DNA from: a bacterium
GTDB taxonomy: Bacteria > UBA10199 > 2-02-FULL-50-16 > JAJFLM01
NCBI GenBank assembly: GCA_965216315.1
Contig: CBDCFN010000016.1
Coordinates: 32,001 to 96,000 of the forward strand
Length of the DNA: 64,000 nt
Direction: 5' to 3'
The notes beneath the pieces were generated by a model that had not been told where the DNA came from, did not search any database, and saw only the letters and a program-made list of their open reading frames with translations. The position numbers and the translations under genes are program-made. Below are positions 1-8,384 of this stretch, one piece after another; the first letter of the stretch is position 1, and the number at the start of each line of letters is the position of its first letter.

Positions 1-114
1 TGCCGGCATCTATTTATGTCTGAACGCGATGACTGGGTTTTGGAGGCGAAGAAACGGCATATGGACTTCGGAAGCGAAGTGAAGTTGAACTTTGATTTAA
101 GTCCAGTGACTTAG
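1..114 (+). CDS. 3' end of an upstream gene (partial, ...CRHLFMSERDDWVLEAKKRHMDFGSEVKLNFDLSPVT*)
   Basis: Frame 1 is open from base 1 to TAG at 112-114, overlapping the AGGAGG RBS of the next gene. Confidence 0.5.
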   Translation, partial: CRHLFMSERDDWVLEAKKRHMDFGSEVKLNFDLSPVT

Positions 115-123
115 GAGGCTATT

Positions 124-939
124 TTGGGTTCGATTGCAAAAAATATTATTGCTGTTGGCAGCGGTAAGGGCGGCGTTGGTAAATCAACCGTCGCTGCCAA
201 TTTGGCCTTGGCTCTGAAGGCGGAAGGCGCGAGCGTCGCATTCTTGGATGCGGATCTCTATGGCCCTTCGGCGCCGACGATGTTCGGTATTGTCGATGAA
301 AAACCAAAAGTCGGCGCCGAACAGTCGATCGTTCCAATCGAAAAATACGGCATGAAACTGATGTCGATCGGTTTTTTAGTTCCCGATGAAGAGGCTGTGA
401 TCTGGCGCGGGCCGATGTTGGGCAAAATGCTTCAGCAGTTTCTGCTGCAGGTCCAGTGGGGAGAGCCGGATTATCTGGTCATCGATTTGCCGCCGGGAAC
501 GGGAGATATTCAATTATCGCTGGCCCAACTTATTCCGGTGAATGCAGCGATCGTCGTGACGACGCCGCAGGATGTCGCTTTAGCCGACGTGCGTCGCTCT
601 ATCAAGATGTTCGAGAAAACGAATGTTCCCATTCTCGGTGTGATTGAGAATATGAGCTACTTTGAAGCCCCGGATACCAAGGCGCGCTACCACATTTTTG
701 GTGGTGGTGCCGATAAGGAAAAGATTAAGGCCTTGGGAACCCAGATTATCGGTGAGTTGCCTTTGGAAATTGCGACGCGCGAGGCGGCCGATAGTGGAGA
801 GCCGATTCTCGTCCGTGATCCCGATGGTGAGCAGGCGCAACGCTTCCGGGCCATTGCGGCCCGCATTATCAGTGAGCGTGCGAGTGGCGGCTCCGGTGGT
901 GGCCTCGAGCTTCCTGATGTCAGTGACGCCTATAAATAA
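124..939 (+). CDS. mrp: Mrp/ApbC/NBP35 family Fe-S cluster carrier ATPase
   Basis: GSGKGGVGKST, DADLYGPS, VIWRGPM, DLPPGTGD, TTPQDVA, GVIENMS motifs; TTG start after AGGAGG. Confidence 0.93.
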   Translation: MGSIAKNIIAVGSGKGGVGKSTVAANLALALKAEGASVAFLDADLYGPSAPTMFGIVDEKPKVGAEQSIVPIEKYGMKLMSIGFLVPDEEAVIWRGPMLGKMLQQFLLQVQWGEPDYLVIDLPPGTGDIQLSLAQLIPVNAAIVVTTPQDVALADVRRSIKMFEKTNVPILGVIENMSYFEAPDTKARYHIFGGGADKEKIKALGTQIIGELPLEIATREAADSGEPILVRDPDGEQAQRFRAIAARIISERASGGSGGGLELPDVSDAYK

Positions 940-956
940 GGGCGCAGCGCCCCTAC
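940..956. repeat. Degenerate GTAG-family REP-like hairpin between convergent genes
   Basis: GGGCGCAGCGCCCCTAC; ends in the same CGCCCCTAC as the copy inside trmD. Confidence 0.5.
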
Positions 957-2305
957 AATTCTTCTATTGGTAAGGGGTTGGCGGCGAGAAATCTATCGCC
1001 CTCCCAACCACTGATTACGTCGATACTGATATCCAAATATTTATCGCGATACTCTTCTTCAGTGATCAGGCCGGCGTCGAGCTGATAGCGCCGCAACACT
1101 TTGGGAATGAAATTACTGATGAGGGTGGCACTTTTCGGCCAGGGTCCGCTTCTCTTAAGATAAAGCAGGCGGGCGATCGTAAATGCGAGCCCGACCTTTT
1201 GAATGCCTGTGGACCGCGATTGATCCGGTTTGAAATTCCCTTCGCCCCGTAGCGAAACATGTGAGGGAGAGCGCGAAATATTATTAGAGCTACTCGCAAC
1301 GACTTCTCCATCCAAGGTTCGCATAATGAGAATGAGGTTAGCGTCGGGATTATTGGACGTGCGGCTGATGATGTGTCTGACCTCAGCTCCTACCGGGCCG
1401 GCAAGTTCACGCTCGGCCTCTGCCGGTGAAAAACGTTCGATAATCACCGGACAATCGCGCCCCTGTCGTTGCAGCGTCATTTTGAGGGGTGGGAATTCGG
1501 GGTCGCGTCGGGGAGTAAACGATAGTTTTGTTACGATGGGAATGTCAGGAATGGGCTCGGGGCGCGCCCGTTCAGCCAATTCATCGGGAGTTAAGAGCTT
1601 TACATCGGTGAGTTTCGTTGCCGCGGAGGGCAGGGCGCTCGTTCCTTCAACGCGCCCCAGAATATAGGAGGATCCGTCGAGCAGGCCGCCTAAAGCGACT
1701 TCAAGTCCGTTGATAATCATGTAGTCAGCGCTGCGATGACTCTTGGTGAGCGTAATCGGTGCGATTGTTCCATGAATGACCGGTTCATGCTGCCAGCGGG
1801 AGACGTCAACGGCGGGAATATGGTCGACCTCGCTGAGCAAGTCCGCCAGCCGGAAATAGGCGCGGTAATTGCGGCGGCGCTGCGGTTGCTGACTGATCGT
1901 AATCAACGGGGATTGATGGGTAATCTCCGCTACATTTAAAAAAGCCGGGTTTGGAATGATGGCGGGTAAAGCCATCACGATGGTTCCATCGGCCTCCGTC
2001 TGGAGAAAGTCTTCGTAACGGGAATTTTCAATCACGTGTGCGACTAAGGCGGTCTTGGTGTCGCGTGCCCAACGCATACCGGTGAGTCCTCCGTGAGTTC
2101 GATTCATCATGTAGAGCCGATTCAAGTCGTCGATGGCTTCGAACTGGACAGGGAGCTCACCTCGTTCGAAACGATTCATGAATTGTTGTTCTTGTGCGCG
2201 GGCCCGCGGCGGAGCGCTTGCGGTCAAATGCTGAGTAGAACTCGCGGCCAGGAGGCCGGTCGCATAGAGCCCGGACAGCGTCGTTGCGGTGAGAAAAAGA
2301 GACAT
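953..2305 (-). CDS. Hypothetical protein, S/T/A/L-rich N-terminus, possible degenerate GNAT-like C-terminal domain
   Basis: Long ORF; start moved to ATG 2305 (MSLFLTATT), 8 nt after the promoter -10; FKPDQSRSTGIQKVGL resembles GNAT motif A. Confidence 0.7.
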   Translation of the reverse strand: MSLFLTATTLSGLYATGLLAASSTQHLTASAPPRARAQEQQFMNRFERGELPVQFEAIDDLNRLYMMNRTHGGLTGMRWARDTKTALVAHVIENSRYEDFLQTEADGTIVMALPAIIPNPAFLNVAEITHQSPLITISQQPQRRRNYRAYFRLADLLSEVDHIPAVDVSRWQHEPVIHGTIAPITLTKSHRSADYMIINGLEVALGGLLDGSSYILGRVEGTSALPSAATKLTDVKLLTPDELAERARPEPIPDIPIVTKLSFTPRRDPEFPPLKMTLQRQGRDCPVIIERFSPAEAERELAGPVGAEVRHIISRTSNNPDANLILIMRTLDGEVVASSSNNISRSPSHVSLRGEGNFKPDQSRSTGIQKVGLAFTIARLLYLKRSGPWPKSATLISNFIPKVLRRYQLDAGLITEEEYRDKYLDISIDVISGWEGDRFLAANPLPIEEL

Positions 2306-2313
2306 CAATAGCA

Positions 2314-2340
2314 TTGTCGCGATGCAGACAAAAAAGTTGT
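2314..2340 (-). promoter_or_regulatory. Sigma-28-like promoter (ACAAC-N14-CGCGACAA), leaderless
   Basis: Matches the motif shared by seven orphan units; ATG 8 nt downstream. Confidence 0.6.
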
Positions 2341-2399
2341 CGGCCGCCGTGGCGGAAATATCTCTTCAAGTTATTGTTTTTTATGGGAAAATTTGCTTC

Positions 2400-2426
2400 G
2401 AAACTTTTCGCATAAGGACGCGATAA
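2400..2426 (+). promoter_or_regulatory. Sigma-28-like promoter (GAAAC-N14-CGCGATAA), leaderless
   Basis: Same spacing as the other copies; ATG 2436 lies 9 nt downstream with no SD. Confidence 0.62.
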
Positions 2427-2435
2427 AGGCACGCT

Positions 2436-3857
2436 ATGGTCTTGAGTGCGTCTCTCGCAAATGTGCAGGGGCTCGTGCAGCAGGGTTCTTTGGCGCAAGC
2501 GGCGACGACCCTGGGGCACTATTCCCATGTTGTATCAGGTATCGATTGGTTGGCGACAACCGCCACCGTGATTGCAGGTCTCGATCACGAGGAATCCGTA
2601 CGGCAGCATGCCCTGTCCCAGTTGCTGGCGAGCGAACCGGTGACGCGCCTCTTTCATTCTGACGACAGAGCGGTTTTTTCGGCGTCGGTTCGGTCGATGA
2701 CTTTCGACCATTTGCGTTCCCATGAAGCGGCAGTAGCGCATTTAATCGGGAGCTTTCCTGATTGGGATGAGCGGGTCGTCCAGCTCAGTCTGGCGAGTGT
2801 GATTCAGGCCGGTGGCCTGGGGGACTTAGTCCTGCAACTGGAACGCCGTTACGGCGATTTTACTGCTGAACAGTCGGCCCAAGCGCGGGAAGAGTTGCAG
2901 AGAACACGGGTGAATTTTAGCTCGGAATTTAAGGAATTTCGTCATTTTTCCATTGCGGAGAAACAGGCGGCTGTACGGGGAAAATGTACGATTCCCTTGG
3001 AACACAAAGAAATCATCGATGATAAATGTCGCAGTGTTAATTTTGTTCATACCCTGCTCGATCTGGCTTTTATACGCGCCTATCTGGATCGGACCTATCC
3101 GATGCATGAGCTCTATGCGCAGGGCGATCGGCCCCGCCTATTCAGTAATTATTTGCGCAGCATTCAAGACAGCGATGATTACGGGAATGGGAGCTGCATG
3201 CCGGCGACGACTCTGGCGGCCGATTTAGGCCTGCGGGCCGGCTTCGATTTCAAGTTTCTTCACCACGTCGGTCACGTCAATCTCTATCACGCGCCATCCC
3301 ACGTCGTCTTTGAGCCGGCACCCGGCGTCAACGATACGATTAATTTATTGAGTCGCTTCCAGCGCGGTGGGGCCTACGGAAGAACACAAACACCGACCCC
3401 TTTGGCGGCGTTGCTGGTCGGAGTCGCCGGCAATGTTCTCGTCGCGGAACGGCGCGAAGCGGACCTCGACGGCGCGGAGCGACTCTTTGCCGGTTTGGAG
3501 AAATTAGGCGCGCCGTCCAGTGCGTTTTATCTCCAAAAGGTTGAAATCGCCCTGTTGAGGCAAGACCCGGTCGCTGCGGAGCAAGCAATGCGTAAAGGGC
3601 TGGCCGTGAATGCGACCGATTACCGGCTCGTCGCGAGAGGCTTCGATATCATGGCGTTACGTGATTCCGAGCAGGCCTTAAAACGTGGGGAGGCTATCTT
3701 GTGTCAGCTGACCGGGATGCGTCAGCGCATGCGGGCGACTTTCGGCGAAGGTCAGCTCACCCAAATTGATCGGTGGGCGCGTTCCCTGCGGCGCCGCATC
3801 GGGGACACCCGTGAGCGGATCCGCACTCAACAACGGGCCGGCGACCGCGAGGACTAG
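2436..3857 (+). CDS. Transglutaminase-like (Cys-His-Glu) domain protein with C-terminal TPR-like helices
   Basis: GNGSCMPATTLAADLGLRAG...VGHVNLY...VVFEP resembles the SirB1/Transglut_core2 pattern; helical repeats follow. Confidence 0.65.
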   Translation: MVLSASLANVQGLVQQGSLAQAATTLGHYSHVVSGIDWLATTATVIAGLDHEESVRQHALSQLLASEPVTRLFHSDDRAVFSASVRSMTFDHLRSHEAAVAHLIGSFPDWDERVVQLSLASVIQAGGLGDLVLQLERRYGDFTAEQSAQAREELQRTRVNFSSEFKEFRHFSIAEKQAAVRGKCTIPLEHKEIIDDKCRSVNFVHTLLDLAFIRAYLDRTYPMHELYAQGDRPRLFSNYLRSIQDSDDYGNGSCMPATTLAADLGLRAGFDFKFLHHVGHVNLYHAPSHVVFEPAPGVNDTINLLSRFQRGGAYGRTQTPTPLAALLVGVAGNVLVAERREADLDGAERLFAGLEKLGAPSSAFYLQKVEIALLRQDPVAAEQAMRKGLAVNATDYRLVARGFDIMALRDSEQALKRGEAILCQLTGMRQRMRATFGEGQLTQIDRWARSLRRRIGDTRERIRTQQRAGDRED

Positions 3858-3932
3858 CCGTTTACTATTTTATTGAAAATACTATCTCAATTCCCTCTAG
3901 CTTAAATAGGCATTTCAATATAAATTAAATAA

Positions 3933-3945
3933 TATCAAATAGTTA
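3933..3945 (+). promoter_or_regulatory. IHF-like binding site in AT-rich intergenic region
   Basis: TATCAAATAGTTA fits WATCAANNNNTTR. Confidence 0.45.
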
Positions 3946-4004
3946 TATTAATATATTAATTGAAGCAGTGTATACTCTCGTCAACAAATTCTCCGTCAAA
4001 ACAC

Positions 4005-4031
4005 GCACCTAAAGCGGCCCCCCGCCGATAA
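4005..4031 (+). promoter_or_regulatory. Sigma-28-like promoter (GCACC-N14-GCCGATAA)
   Basis: Perfect FliA -10 octamer GCCGATAA at 4024-4031 with the variant -35 at the shared spacing. Confidence 0.7.
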
Positions 4032-4114
4032 TACAATCAAATTCGGCAAGACCGGCTTATCCAGCCATGAGTCATTGCCTGGTGCAAAAAACTTTTTAAG
4101 TGGGAGACGGAAAC

Positions 4115-4798
4115 ATGACAGTATCAAATGTAGATCAAGGTTATATCAATCGTTATGTAAGCGCGGCCGTGAAATTAAATCCGAAGATGACGCGTGAGCA
4201 GATTGATTTTGCCTTGAGTCATACGATCGTCAGAGAGATGGGGGAAAAGGGCAAGGTCGTCAATCGCGAGGCCCTCCTGAAAGATATCCGGGCGAGTAAG
4301 GGTGTCGTTCCGCAACAGGCAACGGGAGCCCAGCTGCAAGGTGATCCTCCCAATGAATTGCCCAAGGTGAAAGACCCAGAACCAGTTGTTGAAAAGAAGG
4401 CACGCATTACGGAAGAAGTTATCTATACGGGTTACTTCCCGCCTTATCTCGGAGAAGGAAGTTCGCTGGGTGTCCACTTGAACAAGCTCTTGGGCGCACA
4501 AAATATTGCCGTGCAGGGAATTACGCTGGTCAGTGAGCCACGTGAATTACCCGCAAATAATAAGAATGTCGTCGGCATGTGGGTAGCAATTTCCGAAGAC
4601 GGAAGCGTTGGTGTGAACTACCGAGTTGTTCATGGCAAAGACTTGATTGAAGAGAATAAACTTGCGGTCGCGATGTTCAACTGGTTGGAGAAGGACAAAT
4701 TTCCGGAAGATGCACGTCCAGAAGGTTGGGTGTACGTTGAAGTTCAGCTGGCGCCGCCCGCTGAGAAGCAGGACGATAAGATAGCGCTAAATTTCTAA
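4115..4798 (+). CDS. Hypothetical protein, paralog of 4901-5506; possible TonB-C-like C-terminal domain
   Basis: ATG 4115 after GGGAG; shares AAVKLNP-M---QI-FALSHTI-REM-E-GKVV and VYV-V-L-PPAEK with the next gene. Confidence 0.75.
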   Translation: MTVSNVDQGYINRYVSAAVKLNPKMTREQIDFALSHTIVREMGEKGKVVNREALLKDIRASKGVVPQQATGAQLQGDPPNELPKVKDPEPVVEKKARITEEVIYTGYFPPYLGEGSSLGVHLNKLLGAQNIAVQGITLVSEPRELPANNKNVVGMWVAISEDGSVGVNYRVVHGKDLIEENKLAVAMFNWLEKDKFPEDARPEGWVYVEVQLAPPAEKQDDKIALNF

Positions 4799-4900
4799 AC
4801 GAATCTATCGGGGGATAGTGTTATGTCAGGTGCGAATTTCCGGCAAATGCCTGTCCCTCAATACTAATCATTTGCAACAACAAAATTGGGAGACATTTAA

Positions 4901-5506
4901 ATGGCAGTAGGAAGTACACAATCAGGAGTCAGCCAAGCGTATTTTGATCAATACGTCGAGGCGGCTGTAAAGTTAAATCCGGGAATGGATCAGGACCAGA
5001 TCAAGTTTGCCTTGAGTCACACGATTGCCCGCGAGATGCGCGAGCAGGGCAAGGTTGTCGATCGTACTAAGCTTATGGCTGACATTGGGAAAACGAAGGG
5101 TCTGCAATTAGCGAAGGCTCCTTCCGCCGTACTCCACGGAAATCCGCCTAAGGTTGAGAAAGCCACTGTCAATACGAGTGCCTTTGTGGGGCATGTGGGC
5201 ACTTTAATTGCAGGAGCAGGTATTGACGAAGCCACTGTCAGCATCGTTCCAAAGCCGACCGATGAGACGCCAGAAAAACCAAATACGGTGATACTTGAAG
5301 TTCAGTTGCTTGACGGCGGAATGGTCCATAACGTTAAAGCTGTAAGAGGCGAAAAGCGTGTCGATCATAATAAATGGGTAGAAGCTATGAATCCGATGAC
5401 AAAGAATTTCCCGGCAGGCTCATTCCCTAAAGTTAACGAGCACGGTATTAGTACCGTCTACGTTCAAGTTGAGTTGCCGCCGCCGGCTGAAAAGCCTGGG
5501 GCCTAA
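4901..5506 (+). CDS. Hypothetical protein, tandem paralog of 4115-4798
   Basis: Conserved ~60-aa N-terminal block and C-terminal motif; GGGAG RBS. Confidence 0.75.
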   Translation: MAVGSTQSGVSQAYFDQYVEAAVKLNPGMDQDQIKFALSHTIAREMREQGKVVDRTKLMADIGKTKGLQLAKAPSAVLHGNPPKVEKATVNTSAFVGHVGTLIAGAGIDEATVSIVPKPTDETPEKPNTVILEVQLLDGGMVHNVKAVRGEKRVDHNKWVEAMNPMTKNFPAGSFPKVNEHGISTVYVQVELPPPAEKPGA

Positions 5507-5904
5507 ATTGCTTCGAGTAACGTCATTACACGTTTTCTAAGCTCATCGCGCACCGCACGAAAGTTCTCCAATGTCTCGCCGATGGGGTCGTGGACCGTCC
5601 AATCCACGTGCTCCTCGGCGGGGACATAGGGGCAACGATCCCCGCACAGACTAATCACATAATCAAAATTTTGCTTCGGCAGATCATCGACGGACTTCGA
5701 CCACTGTGCGGAGATGTCGATACCGGCTTCGAGCATCACGGCCTGGGTTTCGTCGGGAACGCTTCCCATCGGAGCGGAACCGGCACTAAAGACTTCGATG
5801 TCGTCGCGGTCCTGTTCGGCCGCGAAGTGACGGAGAAAGCCTTCCGCCATCTGCGAACGGCAGGCGTTGCCGATACACACGAATAGAACGGTTGTAGTAC
5901 TCAT
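5503..5904 (-). CDS. arsC: Arsenate reductase / low-molecular-weight phosphatase family
   Basis: VLFVCIGNACRSQMAEG, SAGS, CP and DP motifs. Confidence 0.85.
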   Translation of the reverse strand: MSTTTVLFVCIGNACRSQMAEGFLRHFAAEQDRDDIEVFSAGSAPMGSVPDETQAVMLEAGIDISAQWSKSVDDLPKQNFDYVISLCGDRCPYVPAEEHVDWTVHDPIGETLENFRAVRDELRKRVMTLLEAI

Positions 5905-6037
5905 GTTTCAGTAGCTGGTTAAGTAAACCTGTAGCTTTGCTAGCAGGTTTACGTGGGGGTATGGGGGATATCGGCAGTGAGGTCAAGTATAGAAAGACGC
6001 GAGTAGCAACGATAACGAGCTGCCGGGTCCCCCATTC

Positions 6038-7444
6038 TCATGCCGCTTTGCCGTGCGGAAGCAACTCCGGAATCTCTTCTTCGGTTGTGGGGGGGTGCTT
6101 GATGGGCACAAGCAGTGCGACGGGAGCGATCAGCAGTCCGAGCCCACTCATCGCAAAGAGACTGACGGTTCCCACTGCCATTCGCAGGACGCGCCGCCAG
6201 GCGGAGTGGTTGATCTTGTTGCGTGCCTGCGCCCGGTCCCATAGGGCTTGGCTGCGGTGGCTGGTAAAGGCTTTGAAGTGAGTGGCAAATAAACCAGTGA
6301 GCTCAGGTCGTTGTGAGACATGGGCGACGGTTTTGACCATGCGCCGTGCCATAAAGCCGTAAAAGAGGTTGAAGAGGCGATGATAGAGTCGATATTCCTC
6401 AATCCGGTTGGGATGCTGAATCAGGCTTTCCAAGAGGATGCATTCGTAAAAGATGCAATGAGAGCGTTTGTCTTCGATCAGAGAATGGAGGAGATTTTTC
6501 TCTTTGGGTCGGTGTTGGCTCAGCCAATAGGCAAACGTGCTCGAATAAAAACTCAGCCACTCTTCGAAGGCCGTCAGAGTATGGCACAGGATGGCATTTC
6601 GGCTCAGTCCACAAGTCCAGCGGATAACGCGCGTAAAGTAACGGTGCCAGAAACCGAGGCGCTTTTCGTCGCTCGTCGTTTCACCGGACAACTGATGGGC
6701 AATGCGGGTATGCCGGTATCCATTGCGGACGATATTAATCAGTTCGCGGCTTTCCCAAAAACTCTGGCTCCACGACAGTCTGCGGAGCTGAAGTCCGCAA
6801 TTGCCTAATTCGCACACGAGCAGATTGATAAAGCCCGGCAGCGCTAATGAGGCCTGCTTAGTTGCCATGCCGGGGATGACCGGATCAAAGGCGGGGTCTT
6901 CAAGGTGAGGGGGCTCCGATTCCGGGTGGCGCCATATCTCGGTGCCATGCGTGCGCTCGAGGCTGACGCCAATCTGCCGACTCCAATACCTTAAGGCCTC
7001 CATTTCTTGTTCACTAAAGTCGCCATCGATTTTGTTGACGAGTTGGATGATCGCGACGATGGGCTGCTGCTCGTCACCTTCACGGTAAACGGGAACCGTT
7101 AACATGGATTGGGTCTGAAATCCCTTCGGGTCTTTATTAAAGTAGTGACCGAACTCAGAGTTTGGAACGTCGTTTAAAAGCAGCGGTGTTTTCTCTTGAT
7201 AGACGCGTCCCGCGACCCCCACATCCCAGGGCAGTTCGATGTCCCAGGTAAAACTGCTGGCGGCGCGGCTGCGCAGCAATTGCTGCTCAGGGACCGCGAG
7301 GAATAAGTTAGTCCGTTCCACACTAAAGAGATCGCAGAGTAGGGTGACCAGACTATCCCACAAGAGATGGACTGCGGGGGGATCCATCAAGCACTCCCAT
7401 AAACGTCGCGCCTCCGCCGAACTCAGCAGGTAGATATGGTTCAT
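6038..7444 (-). CDS. GAF domain + degenerate ferritin-like helical domain + C-terminal TM helix
   Basis: GVAGRV, GFQTQSMLTVPV, IIQLVNK...GDFS GAF signature; E..NGYRH / E..EDKRSH spacing; hydrophobic C-terminus. Confidence 0.7.
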   Translation of the reverse strand: MNHIYLLSSAEARRLWECLMDPPAVHLLWDSLVTLLCDLFSVERTNLFLAVPEQQLLRSRAASSFTWDIELPWDVGVAGRVYQEKTPLLLNDVPNSEFGHYFNKDPKGFQTQSMLTVPVYREGDEQQPIVAIIQLVNKIDGDFSEQEMEALRYWSRQIGVSLERTHGTEIWRHPESEPPHLEDPAFDPVIPGMATKQASLALPGFINLLVCELGNCGLQLRRLSWSQSFWESRELINIVRNGYRHTRIAHQLSGETTSDEKRLGFWHRYFTRVIRWTCGLSRNAILCHTLTAFEEWLSFYSSTFAYWLSQHRPKEKNLLHSLIEDKRSHCIFYECILLESLIQHPNRIEEYRLYHRLFNLFYGFMARRMVKTVAHVSQRPELTGLFATHFKAFTSHRSQALWDRAQARNKINHSAWRRVLRMAVGTVSLFAMSGLGLLIAPVALLVPIKHPPTTEEEIPELLPHGKAA

Positions 7445-7589
7445 CTAGTGCCATGGTACTAAAAAAATATTGAAATTTGGAGGCTAAAAAAGCTTTTATT
7501 ATGACGCAGTTAGGAAATTTTATGACTTAAAATTATCAATTTGAGAAACATCAGCAAGTCTGGTGCCTTAGCCATTTTAGGGCAAATAC

Positions 7590-7683
7590 GACGGGTGACC
7601 CGAGTGAGAGTTTTGCGAGCGAGACCGAGCTGGGAAAGCGAGGCGAGGGAGTCACAAACTCTCACGGGAGGGCAGGACCCGTC
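7590..7683. repeat. Nested inverted-repeat element downstream of dcd
   Basis: GACGGGT/ACCCGTC outer arms and GTGAGAGTTT/AAACTCTCAC inner arms. Confidence 0.5.
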
Positions 7684-7687
7684 ACAA

Positions 7688-8245
7688 TTATTCTACTTTA
7701 GCAGTCGTGATAGTTTTCTGACCCTGATACTTTCCGCCCTTGTCTTTGTACGAGGTCTCACAGACTTCGTCAGCGCTGACGAAGACGATCTGGGCGATGC
7801 CTTCATGGGCATAGAGGCGAACGGGTTGGGAACTGACGTTGAAGATCTTCATCGTCACGACTCCCTCCCATTCCGGTTCTAAGGGAGTGATATGAGGCAG
7901 CACGCCGCAACGTGCATAGGTGGATTTGCCGAAACACAAGACGAGCACATCGCGAGGGATACGAAAGTATTCTAGCGACCGCCCCAGCACCGAGCCACCT
8001 GCCGGAATGACAACGGAGTCTGCGCGTGCCGACTCATACTTGAGCGATGATTTCTTTTTGGGGTCGAGCACCTGGCCCTCATCAAGTTGGGGGAATTGAA
8101 ATTCATCGGCGAGACGCATGTCGTAGCCGTAAGCAGAGACCCCGTAGGAAATAACCCCTTTGCCGACGGCATTGGGTTCGAACGGCTCGATCATGCCGTG
8201 TTCCGTGGCCATGCGACGGATCCAGTGATCTGGCTTAACGGACAT
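7688..8245 (-). CDS. dcd: dCTP deaminase
   Basis: MSVKPDHWIR, ISYGVSAYGYDMRL, GKSTYARCG, TPLEPEWEG, GKYQGQ. Confidence 0.95.
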   Translation of the reverse strand: MSVKPDHWIRRMATEHGMIEPFEPNAVGKGVISYGVSAYGYDMRLADEFQFPQLDEGQVLDPKKKSSLKYESARADSVVIPAGGSVLGRSLEYFRIPRDVLVLCFGKSTYARCGVLPHITPLEPEWEGVVTMKIFNVSSQPVRLYAHEGIAQIVFVSADEVCETSYKDKGGKYQGQKTITTAKVE

Positions 8246-8384
8246 AAGAATGGGGGGCTGTGCTTCGCCCAATTCCCCCCATACCCCCTTTCTGGTTCGC
8301 TCGAATGAAGTGAATTCATTCGAGCTTACACGCGGTTGAATAACTTAGAACGTTATTTCTCAGGTGGAGACAGGAGTCAAGGAA

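Noticed and set aside
4010..4031. Canonical TAAA -35 for the GCCGATAA box
   Set aside because: Spacer is only 10 nt; GCAC at 15 nt fits the shared motif instead.
5955..5990. GCCGATAT upstream of arsC, and CCCCCATACCCCC shared with 8276-8288
   Set aside because: No matching -35; the 13-mer is low complexity and overlaps a plausible sigma-70 -10.
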